NCBI GenBank assembly: GCA_965178125.1 | Contig: OZ237764.1 | Span: forward strand, 744,001 to 808,000 | Length of the DNA: 64,000 nucleotides | Direction of reading: 5' to 3' | DNA from: Bilabrum cf. latius | Lineage: Eukaryota | Shown: one piece after another, positions 36,882 through 50,600 of the stretch | Numbering within the stretch: position 1 is the stretch's first letter | How the letters are laid out: each line of letters opens with the position of its first letter | Translations under genes and position numbers: made by a program | The notes under the pieces: model-generated | What the model was told of the DNA's origin: nothing | Seen by the model: the letters and a program-made list of their open reading frames with translations, nothing else | Database searches by the model: none

Positions 36882-39800
36882 TCACTCCACGTCTGGGAGA
36901 CTCGACCTGCACACAGGGCACTCTTGCTTGACGCCCATCCACTCCCTGAGGCACTCCGCGTGAAAGAGGTGGTGACACGGAGTCACCATGTACTAGCCCC
37001 TCTGCAGCGGCAGCTCCATTGGCTCGAGGCACACAACGCACGTGGGCTGGGAGGACTCGCCCCCGCCGGCATCCCCCGCACCAGCACTCGCACCCGCGTC
37101 AGCACTTGCACCGGCCGCGCTGGAAGGTCCTGCCCCCGAAGCCCCGTCTCTTGCACCCTCCCGCCCTGCATTGGCCCTCTGTCTCCCCAGCCGCATGGAG
37201 GCCCCCCCCGGCGCGCCCCCCTCCTCCACGTCACCGTGCCCGCCCTGCCTCGCACCCCCACCCACGCCTCCAGGCCGCACAGCCGCACCCCCGTTGGCGC
37301 CCCCATCGGTCGCAAGGGCGGGCATGGCCTCGGCTCTCTCGGACTCCCCTGCGCGGTTGGGCTCGGGCAGCCGCGAATACACCTGCCTGCCTCCGGGGCC
37401 GCGACGCACAGCTGCGTCACCGTTGCACCAACGCCGCAGGTATCGCGACCCGCGGCGCCACACGCGGCGACCCACCCGCATAGCCCCATAGAACGACCCA
37501 ACCCAGCCAGTGTACCTCACCCCATTCGGGTCACGCCCGAACACTGCGGCGCGCCGCTCCTGCTGCTGGCCCTGTCCCTGACCCTGACCCTCGCCCCCTT
37601 CCTGCTGCTAATCTCCGCCCTCACCCTCAGCCTAGCCATCATCGCCACCTCCCTACTGCTACCCGTTGGCACCGCCCGCCCCACCACCGACTGCACCCGC
37701 GGGCGCTCCCTCGGCATCGGACTCGCTGCCCGCGGCGTCCTCGTCCACAAGCACCCGGCCGTTCTCGTCCACCTCGATCTCGCGGAAGAAATCGTACTTC
37801 CGGGGCAGGCAAATCGAGGGAACAAAGAAACGAGGCCCCAGGAACTGCTACAACAGCACCACCGTGCACTGCAGCAGCATCCATACCGAGATGGAGACAG
37901 CAAGGTGCTGGTTGTAGGCACCCACCACAATCTGTGTTACGAAGTTTACCGGGCAGCCGTAGAAGTACACCACCGGCAGCATACGAGTGAGGGTGATAGT
38001 GACAACCTGATGCGTCGGCAGCACTTCCTTCTTGTTGCTGGCCGCCTGGTGCACGATCTGTGGCACCCAGAAGCTGGAGGTGAGCACAACGAGGATGGTG
38101 ATGCCGTCCCCGGTGTAGTAGATCACCAGCATGCCCGCTATTAGGGCAGCGTAGAACTGAGCGTACACCACCCCGAGTTCTCGCCTGACGTTGTCCCAAC
38201 CTCCAGCAAATGCCTCCGGCCTCTGCGCCTTGAGGAGCGTAAGCAGGAGCCGCATCTCTAGAATGCTGAACAGCACCAGCTGGAAGAAGGCAAGGATCGC
38301 GAATGGACCCAGGAGACTGCCCCCGATCACGGAGAAAGTGATGTGGATCAGGGTAAGGAAGGCGTCCTGCAGGGCTTGGATCCCCACGCTCATCATGCTG
38401 GAGCCCTCCGCCACTCTGGAGTGCATCATGGCGCTGTACAGGTGCGCGAGGGTCAGCCCCACCTGCACCACCACAGCCACGGTGGAGATCATCGCATAGG
38501 CCTGCGAGTCGCGGGAGAGTCGATCCACATTGATCAATACGGCCGCGGTGGTTATGTTTGCGCTGTAGTTGCAGTTGGGGGAGCCCACTGTTCCCTGGAA
38601 CACGTCGACCTGGGGGCCGGTGAAGCCCTTGCGGCCCGAGATGCGCTCAAAGCCGATGGACCCGTGGAGGGAGTGCATCACGGCACGGGCTCGGGCCCTG
38701 GCCGCGGTAAGGGCCTTTTCTGCCTGTTCCCTGGTGACTGCCACCCCATCACCTTGTTCCTTGGAGGAACCGGGGTCGTTCTCCCCCTCCAGAAGTCGAG
38801 ACGAAACCGCAGGGCGCAGAGAGGCCGCCCTGGCCAAAGTCGCGTCCAGCGATCCGATTCCGACCGCAATCTTGTTGTCATCCCCTGATCCTGCCTCCGT
38901 CCCGGCTCCTGCAGCTCCCATCGGCCCAGGTCCCGAGATGATGGAGGCTGATGCCATGCCTTTGCCGGCCGGCCGGAAGGACAGGGGCACCGATTTTGAG
39001 GCAGGCGCACTCTTAGAGCTCGAGGGACCACCACTCTCAGGGAACAGGACCTCGTCAGGGAACACGCGCGGGGCTCCCTGGGGCACGACGCCCCGCTCCC
39101 CCCTGACCCCTTCCGACGTCGCCTGCAGCATGGCCAGGACGCTCACTGCCACGTGTGCCGAGCCGCGGCGTAGGGAGCCAGCTCCCCTGGCAGAGGACGA
39201 AGCGGCGCGGGCAACACCGGCGGCAAAGTGGTGGACCATGCTCCTCGCGTGTGCCGTCCACGCCGCAGAGTCCAGCCAGCTGGCTCCAGAGTCGAGGGGG
39301 AGGGGAATGTCCGGTGCAAGCGTGGAATCGGCCATGAGCCGCCTGCCCCTACCCGGACTCGAACCTGCGCCTGCCCCCTCTTCAATCGCTTGCATGGCCC
39401 TAATCCTATGCTCGGCCAGGTACACTTCGTCTATCAGGATGGGCATGGCCTGTGCCCGCACCACCATCTGGCAGCGGGACCCCACCTCGGGGGCATTGAG
39501 GGTCCATTCGGGGTGCTCACTGGCGTCGAAATCAGAAGCGGAGGAGGAGGACTGGAGAACTCGCCCGTGAGCAGGACCCGCCACCGTGAGACCGTCCATC
39601 TGTGTGCACTCGTCACATGGAGAGTGCCTACCCTCGAGGTGGTGGGCGCGGCCCCCTTTCGGGTCGTGGTCGAAGCCGCCCTTGGGCTGCATCTGCATCA
39701 GGTGCTGGCCCAGGATCGCATCCACACTGACATCTTGCGGATTCTCGACATCGTCATCATGATCATCATCGCGAGTGCTTGCATCGCTGCCAGTCCCGCC

Positions 39801-40538
39801 ATCACTGCCAGTCGTGTCCTAGCCACTACCCCCGTTACTACTGGCACCCTCCCTACCTAACTTTGAGTCTTCCTTGAGGCGCTTTTTCATGTCGCCGGCG
39901 GGTCTGTTCTTGGCGCGGATCAGCAGCTCGAACCTGTGTGGGGCGGAGGCCATCACCAGCTCGCCAGTGGCAGGCATGTAGGTACCTATCATGCGCCGCG
40001 TGGCGATTCCTGGCAGGCGGATGGGATCCAAAGGTGAAAAATGGCCATCTACGACATCTGCAACCAATTCAAGGCCGCCATGTACCTGCAAAACACCCGG
40101 CTGGGAGGTCGGAAACGACTGCACCGAAATGAGCGATTGGCCGTGGCTGGGGGGGATCCCAAGCTGGTGCTTCGGAGCAGACCCATTGAATAACACCATT
40201 GCTGAAATATTCCACGGCGAGTCCTTTCGATACAACCCCATGCCAAAATCGCCTTTATACAGCCCGAAAAAATGGCCAGTTATGTTGTTGTCGTGCGTAA
40301 GCAGCCCCCGGGCTCGATTCAACTCCTCCTCTACCCAAGGCGCACCTCCCCCGGTGTACTCGCCCGGCACAACACTTGTATCGCCCTCCTCACCATCCTT
40401 CTTGTCGGATTTACGGAGGCCAAGCGCCTCCAGCACCCCGTCATCCGTCAGAAACATACTAACGATAAAAAACGAGAAGATAGCTGCGACAAAGTACTAC
40501 CTTCGTCTCTGCTGGTTATCATCATCATCTAGTTGCAT
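36882..40538 (-). CDS. Transmembrane RING-H2 E3 ubiquitin ligase, Tul1/Dsc1/FLY1-like (~1218 aa)
   Basis: Multi-TM block, SFWVPQI, LL*QFLGPRFFVP, RING CVVC...TPCHHLFHAECL..W...CPVCR. 8 TAG (40497, 39819, 37848, 37659, 37653, 37632, 37608, 36993); ends TGA 36882-36884. Confidence 0.9.
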
Positions 40539-40958
40539 AATTTTGTACCGATAATTCGATACTCGGTGAGGTGAAATGCTTTTTTTGCGGTCAGGCGCGG
40601 GCTTTTCCTGGTCAGCAAAATATGAAGATAAAGCCAAATTGTGGCGTGTGCGGGACCCTTCGGCCCAGGCGGCCGTTGATTGGATGGGATTACCTAGGGC
40701 CTGACCGTATTCTTAATGGGAGTACGGAACACTTGATGGCGAATCCTCGCCCCTCGTGAGGTCCCCCCAGGCTCGGGAACGGCCCGTGGTCCTGGCTTGA
40801 TTGAGACGTTTGGTTGCAACCGCCTTGCGGCTTTGAAGCTGCAGGTCCAGCGATACTACATCCGCCCTGGGTTTCTGTTGAGCCTGTAATTCCCCCAGTC
40901 TGAGCTGCTTCTAAACTTTACCATAGCGTCTGCTCCGCCAGGTGACACCGTCTTTGAC

Positions 40959-41826
40959 ATGGAGCTTCCTGGCTTCGCACCCCACGTCGTAGCTGCCGGG
41001 CTGGCTCCAGCTACGTCAAGCAACTTTTTGCGACGATTATGGCGATAGGACATCGATGTAGATAGCTCAGTTTATTAGATTGAATAGTTGCTCCGACTAA
41101 ACCCGGATCGAGTGTGAGAGAAGCCTGCCAGAGACGCACTTTGCGAACTGCAGAGTCCTAACATTGCTTGTTTGAGTGATCATGCGACTCCATTGGCATT
41201 TATTGATGAGCTTGTATTCCGTATCGTTGCGCAGATACAAGCTAACGTAGCATCAAAAGCAGACCAGGAACCAGTGGTCTCGCGAGGACCCTGGGTTCAC
41301 CGCTATCGTGTGCGCGCTAACGGCCGGAACGGCCATTGCTTGGGGATTTGCATGTGGGGGCGGAATTTGGGGTGCGCTGCGCAGCTTGCTCGTGCTGGTT
41401 GCTGCGTTCACCGTCGGCGGGGCGCTGGTTGCAACGTTGCACTGGCAGGTGACGAACAAATGCCTGCGGGCGCCGACCCAGCCGCATGCAGTGGAGCAGG
41501 TTGTGGAGTGGGGCTTTTGCTTCGACGTGCACGCCAACTCTTGGGTCCCCATGGCGGCCATCGGGCTGGTGGGGCACTTGCTCCTGCTGCCACTCACCCT
41601 GAGGCCGGGGCTGCTCCCCGTTCTGGTGGCCAACTCAGTCATGGCCGTGGCGGCCGGTGCGTATGTGCATGTTACATTCAGGGGGTTCTCGATCCTGCCA
41701 TTTTTGGATCGCGTGAATTCGTACCTGTATCCGCTGGTGGCGGTAGCGGCTGTGTGGGCGCTCAGCATCGCTCTGGGCTGGAATGCGAGCTTCTTGTTGC
41801 GGTGGATTCTGGTTGGAATTGCGTAA
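40959..41826 (+). CDS. UNC50: UNC-50/Gmh1 family Golgi membrane protein
   Basis: FLRRLWR, KQTRNQWSREDPGF, VEWGFCFDVHANS; intron 41114-41234. TAG at 41046, 41076, 41085, 41248; ends TAA 41824-41826. Confidence 0.9.
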
Positions 41827-42005
41827 TGTAAAGGGAATGAGCTCATACCTGCGCCAGTATTCCGCTGCTTTTGCCAGCCGTGGGAGCAATGCAGCTTCGC
41901 CGCAACCCCCGCACCGAACCCAAGATGAAGGTTCGTATCATCCGGAGCCGAATCGGAGAGACAATTCTCCGTTCACAATTCACTCCGCTGGCAGCCAAGA
42001 GGAGA

Positions 42006-45000
42006 ATGAGTGGATCCAACAAAGTCGGGCTGAATAGTATTCACTAGTTACATGGTGATATTGAGGGTCAGCTTCCCGTTTTGGACTTACATGTGAAGGG
42101 CCTCACGGTTCTGGGACGGAGTGCGGCGGTTGCGGAGGAAGACGTGAACGCGTTTTCTGTCTTGTGTCAATGCAGGTGTGACGCATCATAGCCTGTAAAA
42201 CTACTTGATAATGTTTCAGCTACCTTTCCTAGCGGGGAACTCACGCTGGTAAGCTCTCAGATGACGTCCGCATGCCGGTTGACAAGCCACGTCGCTCCTC
42301 GAGCTTTGCATCGGAATATCTTATTGCGCACACCCTGATACCGACTCGCAGGTGATTGCGCCTCCAGGAGCAGGTAAAACTACTCTACTTCGCACATTGT
42401 CCGGAGCCATGGAGATGAAACCGACATCGGAGCTCGAACAAGCCATGACCAACCCACCGTCCGCTCCTGTAGCCTTCGGCGAGTACACCCTCGGCGGCAA
42501 GTCGGCCCTGGAGCTCGGTGGCTCCCGTGTAAGCAGACTTGTCAGCCGTGTAGTTCAAGATGATGAACACTACGGGCTTATCACCGTGCGGGAAACGGCA
42601 GAGCTTGCCGTGCGCCTGAGCAATCCACCGGAATCACCGGAGCAGAAGACGGCGGCCGGAGTGGACCCTGCCGAAACACCAGCGCAGGAAGCTGCCAGGA
42701 AGGCTGCACTTTTGCTTGAAGAGCTCGGTATTGATAATGTTGCCGATACTGTTCTCGGGAATGAGACCGTTCGTGGCGTCAGCGGTGGCGAGGTGAGAGT
42801 GTCGCCTTGTCCGTTCCACAGCAAACATTGTTGCTTCGACTTCAAGCGAAGGCGTCCCCATCCCAACTAACTTAATTTCATGATTCATTTCTCTGTCTAG
42901 TTGCGCAGGCGAAGCGCGTCACGATCATGGAGGCTCTTGCGACCCCCTTAAGAGCCCTGGTGCTGGACGACGCCTCGAACGGCCTGGACGGTGCTCGCAC
43001 GAAGGCAATCGTCGCAAAGCTGAAGGAATTTGCTCGGGAGCTGCGGATTCCCATCGTGATGGCCCTGCAGCAGCCATCAAGGGAGGTGTTCGACCTCTTC
43101 CACCGCATCGTGCTCATGCGCCACGGCCGCGTGCTCTACGAGGGCCCGCGGGACGAGGCTGGGGCCTTCTTGGCCTCGATCGGCCTGGCGCCGCCCTCTC
43201 ACCAGTCAGTCCCCGACTGGCTGCTGGAGGTGGCATCCAGCCCCTCTTTGTTCTCTCCCTCTGTGGCCGTGCTGCAGGACGGGGCCCGCCCCGATGGTCT
43301 CGAGCGGTTCAAGTTCGCGCCGACGCTCGACGGGTCTCGGACCGGGGACCCTGCAGATTCCAAGGCGAGCGGCAAGGGAGGGGCGGCCCGCGCCTCTCCC
43401 ACCGAGGGCAAGGTGGACGCAGGATCGGATCAGTCCACCAGTGGAGTGGCCGTGCACCTGGACGAGGAGGGCGGCCTGGAAGAGGAGCTGGCCTCTGCCG
43501 CCTCGGGGCGCGGGGAGCTGCCCGGGTTCGACCCCCTGGCGGCGGTGCAGGCGCTCCCCGCCCTCACCACGCGGGGCATCTCTGAGCACTTCTATGCCAA
43601 GTGGGCCCCTGCCAGGCCAGCGGCGGGTCGTCCTGCGGGCGGGAGGATCCCCGGGGTCCGGCTGGCGGCAGCGGCCCCCGTGCAGCATCCCAAGGAGCTG
43701 GCCTGGCCCAAGAGCCAGGCCACGGACCTCCTCTTCGGGGAGGGATACGCGGCTGATTCGTGCACTCAGATGGGTCTCCTGCTATGGAGAGACACGATGC
43801 TCATGCTCAGGGACACGGAGTTCCTGGCCACGCACCTCGTGAACTCGGTCATCGTGGCGCTGCTGCTGGGCGGCGTCTTCTACCAGCTGGGACAGGAGGA
43901 CTTCCAGCAGTACGTGTCGCTGATCTTCTTCGCGTCGCTGTTCCTTGGTATGGGCAATTTCAGTTCACTTCCGGTTACTATTTAGTACCGGGCTGTGGCG
44001 GACAAGCAGGTGCTGGCGGGCATGTACCACCCGACGCTGTACGCTCTGTCACAGGCGCTCGTCAGCATCCCGATCGCCGTCCTGGAGACGCTCATCTTCA
44101 TCTCGATCGTGTACTGGATGTGCGGGTTTGCCAATGATGTCGGTCGTTTCCTCATCATGGCGGCCATGTCTCTCTCGATCAACCTGTTCATGGCGGCGTA
44201 CTTCCGGTCCGTCGCGTGGATCAGCGGCAATGCGGGATTCGCTGCGGCACAGGGCATGGCCATCGGCCCCTTCGCGCTACTAATGGTTACCAATGGCTTC
44301 GTGGTGACCCGCGAGAACCTGTCGGATGCCCTCTGGTGGTTCAGCTACGTCAACCCGCTGGCATACGGCATCAGGGGACTGGTGGTGAACGAGTTCTCGG
44401 ATCCCAGCTACGACAACTAGATCCCGATCGTGGAGGAGTCCGTCCTACCCAACGGCACGCAGGTCACCAGCATCCTGGGCACGAGGCGCATCGGCGACGC
44501 CTACCTCGAGTCGTATGACATGCCCACGGAGGACTGGAGCTTCTGGATCACGCTGGGCTTCCTGGTGGTGCTCGGCGAGATGCTGCTCTGCGTGGCGGGA
44601 GGCACCACTGCCTACAGCTGCATCCGGACGTACGGATCAAGGGGCACTGCCCGGGAGGAGAACACCAAGGAGGAGGAAAAGGCCGCGCGGAAGATCTCCA
44701 AGAGAGTCATTGACGGGGTTGCATCAGGCAGGCTCACCCCCGAGATCGAGATGGCGAGGGCAAGGAGCTCCCCCTCGGAGGAAGCTGCCCGCGGGAAGGC
44801 CAGCGGCGCATCGGCTGGTTCGACCCACGGCAGCTCCATGGTGTGGGACAACGTCAAGTACACTGTCAAGCTGACTGACGGCTCTGACAAGACTCTCCTG
44901 CACGGCATCTCGGGCTGGGCCAAGCCGGGCCAGATCACTGCGCTGCTGGGCGAGTCTGGTGCGGGCAAGAGCACGCTGCTGGACTGCCTGGCGGGCCGCA

Positions 45001-46709
45001 AGAACCAGGGCAAGCTCGAGGGCTCGATCCTGCTGGACGGCAAGCCCGCCACTCGGGATGCCATCAACCTCGTGGCATCGTACGTGGAGCAGTTCGACCA
45101 CCACGTGCCGCAGCAGACCGTCAGGGAGGCCCTCGAGTTCTCGGCAGACCTGCGGCTCCCCGCGGGCACCCCTGCCAGTGAGCGAGCCAAGGTGGTCGAA
45201 CGCGTGCTGGACCTGCTGGAGCTGACCAGCATCCAGAACTCGAGGATCGGCCTGCCCGGGGCCAGCGGCATCAGCGCGGGCGAGAGAAAACGGCTGTCGA
45301 TCGCGGTGGAGCTCGTGTCCCAGCCGAGGATCATCTTCCTGGACGAGCCCACGACCGGGCTGTCTAGCCTGCAGGCACTGGGGCTCATGAGGGCTTTGAG
45401 GAGGATCGCCGATGCGGGGCACTCGATCGTGGCCACGGTGCACCAGCCCAGTGCCTCCATCTTCTTTTAGATGGACAGGCTGCTGCTGCTGCGGAGGGGC
45501 GGCGCCACTGTGTATTTTGGCCCCCTGGGTGACAAGGGCTCTGCTCTGATCAAATACATGGAGAGCTGCAAGGGGGTGAGGCCGCTGCCGCTGGGCACCA
45601 ACCCGGCCGACTGGATGCTCGAGGTCGTGGGCGAGGCGGGGAGGGCCAGCCAGGGCAAGGGAGGGGAGGCGGGGGACATCGAGAGCAAGGGAGAGACCGT
45701 CCCGGATCTAGCCGTTCAGTTCGATGGATCGCAGGCCGCCAACGTGATGAAGGCGGGCCTGGCCGCCCTGAGGTCGGGTGAGGGGCTGAGCGCCGCCCCC
45801 GCCGCGCCCGAGCACCCCAGCTGGCTGCAAGAGTTTGGCGTCGTCATGAGCCGAACAGCCACGGTGTCGTGGCGGGACGTTGACTACAACACTTCGAGGA
45901 CGATCGCAGTGCCCTTTTTGGCCACCATGTTTGGGCTGACGTTCCTGCAGCTGGACGACGTGGACCAGGCGGGGGTGTTCTCCGTCATCGGGGCGTCCTT
46001 CATGGGAGCGACTTTCCTGGCCATCGTGCTGCTCAACCTGTCCATCCCGCCGCTGATGACGGTGAGGCCTTCTCTATACCGCGAGCTGGACGCGGGTTTC
46101 TTCACGCCCGAGTCGTGGGCGCTTGCAACAACCCTCATGGAGGTGCCGTGGGTGGCATGCCTCTCTGCTGCGTTCTCCGCCATCCTCTACTTTATGGTGG
46201 GACTGGACCCGGCCAACTACGGGGAGTTCTACGCCACTCTGCTGACCCTGTCGCTGGCCATGACCATGATGGGGCACGCCGTAGCCATGGGAAGCGGCTC
46301 TTAGCAGACAGCTACTGCCATCGCTGGGTCTAGTTCCTCCATTATGTTCCTCTTCGGGGGCTTCTTGGTGACTGGGCCCGACATGGACCCGGGGTGGAAA
46401 TGGCTGCACTACATCGTGCCCATCAGGTACGGACTAGCCGGGCTCGTTACACCAGCCTTCCACTGTCCGGAGGAGGGGCTGGAAGGGCCCGACATGCCCG
46501 CGGGGGAGCGAGGCCCTTGCTCGACTGTGACGATTGTGAGGGATGGGCAGCTGCAGGCGGGCGTGGTCAAGTCCGACTACATCGATAACTTCATGGGGTT
46601 CCGGTTCGATGACATCGGGTTCTACACTGGGATGCTGGTGGGGTACTTTGTGCTGTTCGCGGCGCTCAAGATGCTGCTGCTCCGATTCGTGAGGCACCAG
46701 AGCAGGTGA
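42006..46709 (+). CDS. Full-size ABCG (PDR-type) transporter, NBD-TMD-NBD-TMD
   Basis: PPGAGKTT, VSGGE-AKRV, ALQQPS, GESGAGKST, ISAGERKR, LDEPTTG, HQPS; introns 42249-42351 and 42793-42908. TAG at 42045, 42189, 43983, 44418, 45468, 46302; ends TGA 46707-46709. Confidence 0.92.
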
Positions 46710-46954
46710 TCCGAAAAGCATCAACATGGTGAATTTGCACAGAGCTAGAGCACTTTGCCCGCATTGAGACAAATTAGATGACGGTGAATTGCCGAGTATG
46801 AAACTGAATCTTGTAGCTCACTCGCAGAGCAGTGGCTCATTGCCAGCAGCCGTATATGAATGTGAAAGACCACGGTACTACCCAGGATCCTGCCAGTGGT
46901 CGTTTTTGAGACATCGCAACACTCCGAGCATACTCAAACTTACCCGCGACAGCC

Positions 46955-47341
46955 TACGGCTGGCCCTTCCCGGCACCTACCACCTCTATCCAGCATGCAG
47001 TCAGTCAGTACGATTGAGACGCTGGAGAGGGCCTGCGCAAGCGCCTGGTGTACAGCGTCACGGTCCTGTGGTTCGTGCCTCTGCCAGCACCAGGAAGCCC
47101 AGCATGATGCAGAAGGCCCAGTGCTCCGTGTGCATGTCTAACTCCGAGCATGAGCATAGTGTCTCTCCACAGCAGGAGACCCATCTGAGTGCACGAATCA
47201 GCGGCGTATCCCTCCCCAAAGAGGAGGTCCGTGGCCTGGCTCTTGGGCCAGGCCAGCTCCTTGGGATGCTGCACGGGGGCTGATGCCGCCAGCCGGACCC
47301 CGGGGATCCTCCCGCCCGCAGGACGACCCGCCGCTGGCCTG
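46955..47341 (-). pseudogene. Inverted, internally deleted fragments of an ABCG gene copy
   Basis: 47146-47341 is the reverse complement of 43613-43808 (6 substitutions); ~47085-47138 resembles 44517-44570; ~46955-47002 weakly resembles 45609-45650. Confidence 0.8.
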
Positions 47342-47608
47342 ACAATGGCGGGGTCCCAGTCACAGGATCAGAGTACTTCCGAAGGTTCGTACGCCATGAT
47401 CAATTTTCGAAGATGAAATCGTAATATGCGATCCCATGAACCACAATCGTCCTGACGATAGGCAATTCAACGGCTGGTTCATTGCGATTAAGGAATTCAA
47501 TTTCCTAACCATTGTACCTTTAAACTAAGGAGCCGAGCTTCTCCCTGTGCTACGGATTGACCGAGTGCCAACGACTACGGGTCGGACAACGTGAACGCTT
47601 CGAGTATC

Positions 47609-50600
47609 ATGGCCTCGGAAGGCAGTCAGCGCAGCTCCAGGCGCCCTAGTAAATTGCTAGGATCGACAACACTTGCAGGTGGGATATCTGCCTCAGAACT
47701 CGAAGCTCTATCGTAGCAATCGGCGGAAGCTACCCCTGATCAAGAAGTCCTTGCCACATCCGGTGTCTGGCAAAAGATTTACGATGCCAACGAGTAGAAG
47801 CCATTCTATTACAATTTAAAGACGGAGGAATCCATGTGGGAGCGCCCGGCGTCCTTCGGGTGGGAATCAGCGGCCGACGAGGAGTCTGGTGAGCGGTTCT
47901 GGCTTTTTGAGGACGACGATCAAGCCTACCTGTGGGCCAATCCAGCGTGGCAAGCAGGTGTAGACGAGGAATCCGGCAATCGGTACTGGCACAACGTCGA
48001 CACGGACGAGAGCACGTGGGACAGGCCGGACGACTACGCATCGGACACCGAAACCGAGCGAGTTTCGATGGAAGAGGGCGCCAAGCAGAGGCGAGCACTC
48101 AAGGAGGCAGCTGCTCGCAAGGCCAAGTAGGCTAGCAAACTACCCCCACCCCCGCCCCCGCCTCCGCCTGCGGCCGGCCCAGCCGGGCCTGGGAGCTCTC
48201 CCGGCACTGGCAGCAGAGACGGCACCACTCTGCCGTCTTCCAGGGGCGGCCAGGCCTAGAAGGCCGTCCGCAAGGCCGCTGTCGTGGTGCTAGCCAGCGA
48301 TTCGGAAGCCTCAGATTTCGAGGATGGTGAGGAGGACCATGTACACGCTACTGTAACCCGCCGGGTCACCAAGGTCAGCCGGGGGTCCGGCGTGACGGTG
48401 AAGAGAAAGAAGGCGGCAGGTGCAGCTGCGGGCAAAGCAGGCACTACTGCAGTTCCCGGTGGTGCAACAAAGGGATAGGGGCAGGGAACAGCTGACCCAT
48501 AGAGCACAGGGGTGCCGGAGGAAGCAAGTCTGCTGCCCCCGCCCCCGCCTCCTCCGGGAAGCGGCGGCGGGCAAATTTCAGGTGCATCGCACGAAGGTGC
48601 ACCCCCACCGCCGCCCGCCGCACCTTCCAGCACCGATGCACTCCCGCCCCCCCCGGCAGCCCCTGCCCCTGCCCCTGCACCCGCACCCGCACCTGCACCT
48701 GCATCTGCTGCAGTCGCCTCCAGCGAGCCGCTGCCTCCCCTCAACGACGCGCTCAGCACGCGGCTCCTGCAGCGCATTGCCACGGACAGCACCCTCCGGC
48801 AGGGCATACCCATCCTCAAGTTCGCGGGACCATCCGACCTGACCGCCGCCCGGCAGGTGCTCAGTGACTCGGTGGCTCGGGTGGGCCCCGGGGAGGAGGT
48901 GGCGGCGGAGGGCGAGCTGGCGGCGGGCGGGGCCGTGCTGGTGCTGGACGGGGACATGGATGTGACGAGTGAGGGAACAACAAGGGCTGCCGGGCCGGGC
49001 ACTGTGCTCTTTGGCGACACGCTGCTCTCGGGCTCGTCTCGCTACGAAGGCTCGCTCAGGGCCAGGGAACAAGGGCGGGGGGCCTATGTGGCGCGGCTGG
49101 CCCTGCACGCGATGCAGGCAGCGCTCGGGCAGGACTGGCTGGTGCAGCGGGGGAGGCAGGCGCTGGAGAGCGATGCCTCCATGCTTCCCACGCTGCTGCA
49201 GCCTGTGCCCTTCTTGGCCGCACACAGGGAGGCCTCGGCGCCCGTCCTGATGGAGCTGTCGCTGGTGGTGCAGAGGCCCGCGCTGCACCTGGTGATCCAG
49301 GAGGGCGCCCCTGTGGACGGGTTCTTCGTGCTGCTGCTGGGCAGCGCCAGGGTGGCCGTGGAGGGTCGCGTGGTGGCGGAGTGCGGGCCAGGGGCCTTCT
49401 TCGGAGAGATGTCCATGCTGGGGACAGGCGGGCATAGTGGCAGTGGCGGTGCGGCGGCAGCAGGGGCCGGAGCAGGGTCGCTGCCGTCGTCGTCCTCTTC
49501 CGGTGGTAAGCTCGCCAGCGCCTCGGTGGTGACGACGAGCCCCTCGCTGCTGCTGTGCGTCCCCCGGCGTTCCTTTGGCGAGCTACTCGAGAGGTGTCCT
49601 GGAGTGGCGGACGAGCTGCAGAAGCACGCCATACGCCGCACCGCTCTGAATCTCAAGGGACTTGGCGCCGCGAGTCCCCTCGCACTCGCCACGGAAGCCC
49701 AGCTGCAGGCCCTGGCGGCTCGGGCCTCGATAGAGACCGTCCCAGCAGGCCGACCAGTGGCAAGGCGGGGCGACCCTAGGGGACATGTGACCGTCGTGCT
49801 CTCCGGAACAGTGGAGGAACAGGGATTCGAACCCGCGAGCCCGTCCTCTTCAGACCCCATGCCTGCGCTCACGGGGGAGACGAAGCAGCGCAAGCCCGGA
49901 GATATCGTGTCCGCGTCGGTGCTCTTCGAGGACTGCCCCTCGTCGGTTCCGGCGGATGCTGTCGTGGCTGGGGGCGAGCCCGCCCGGCTGATGCGGTTCG
50001 GTTCGCAGGACTTTGCAGCTGCAATGGGAGGTGCGGGCAGCGCCGCGATGGCTGCTGTGCTGCTGCGGCTGCGCGGCGGCTCCCCGCGAGCGAGGGACAT
50101 CGCCGCGGTGCCTGCCCTAGCCGAGGCTCTCATCAAGTTCGGCGGGAGCAGCAAGGTCAGAAAGGGGTCCGTGCAGCTGCTGGGCGCCGCCAAGAAGTTC
50201 CGCTTGCTAGCCCGTGGACTGGCGCCGCGCGCGGGCGTGGTGGACGTGCCATCGCCGGACATGGTGGCCGCAGCTCGGGCCGTGGAAGCCATGCTGCAGG
50301 ACCCGGTGGAGGGTCCCGCCCTGCAGGCCATCATGGGGTAGCCCCTGTATGACGAGTGCAGCAAGAAGCTACACGCCTCGCTGCACGCAGCCCACCGCAG
50401 GCGATTCTCGATGATGCCCGGCGGCAGAGCTGCTTCCGGGGCGGGTGCAGGGGGCGGGGCATCGGGAGGCGACGGGCAGCGGGCGGGGCCCATGCCAGTG
50501 ACCCTGTTTGACCGGGCCGCTGCCGCGCTAGACGCCCACCTGGCGGAGATCGTGAGCGAGTTCGTGGACTCGCCCATGTACGCTGCCTGCATGCGACGGG

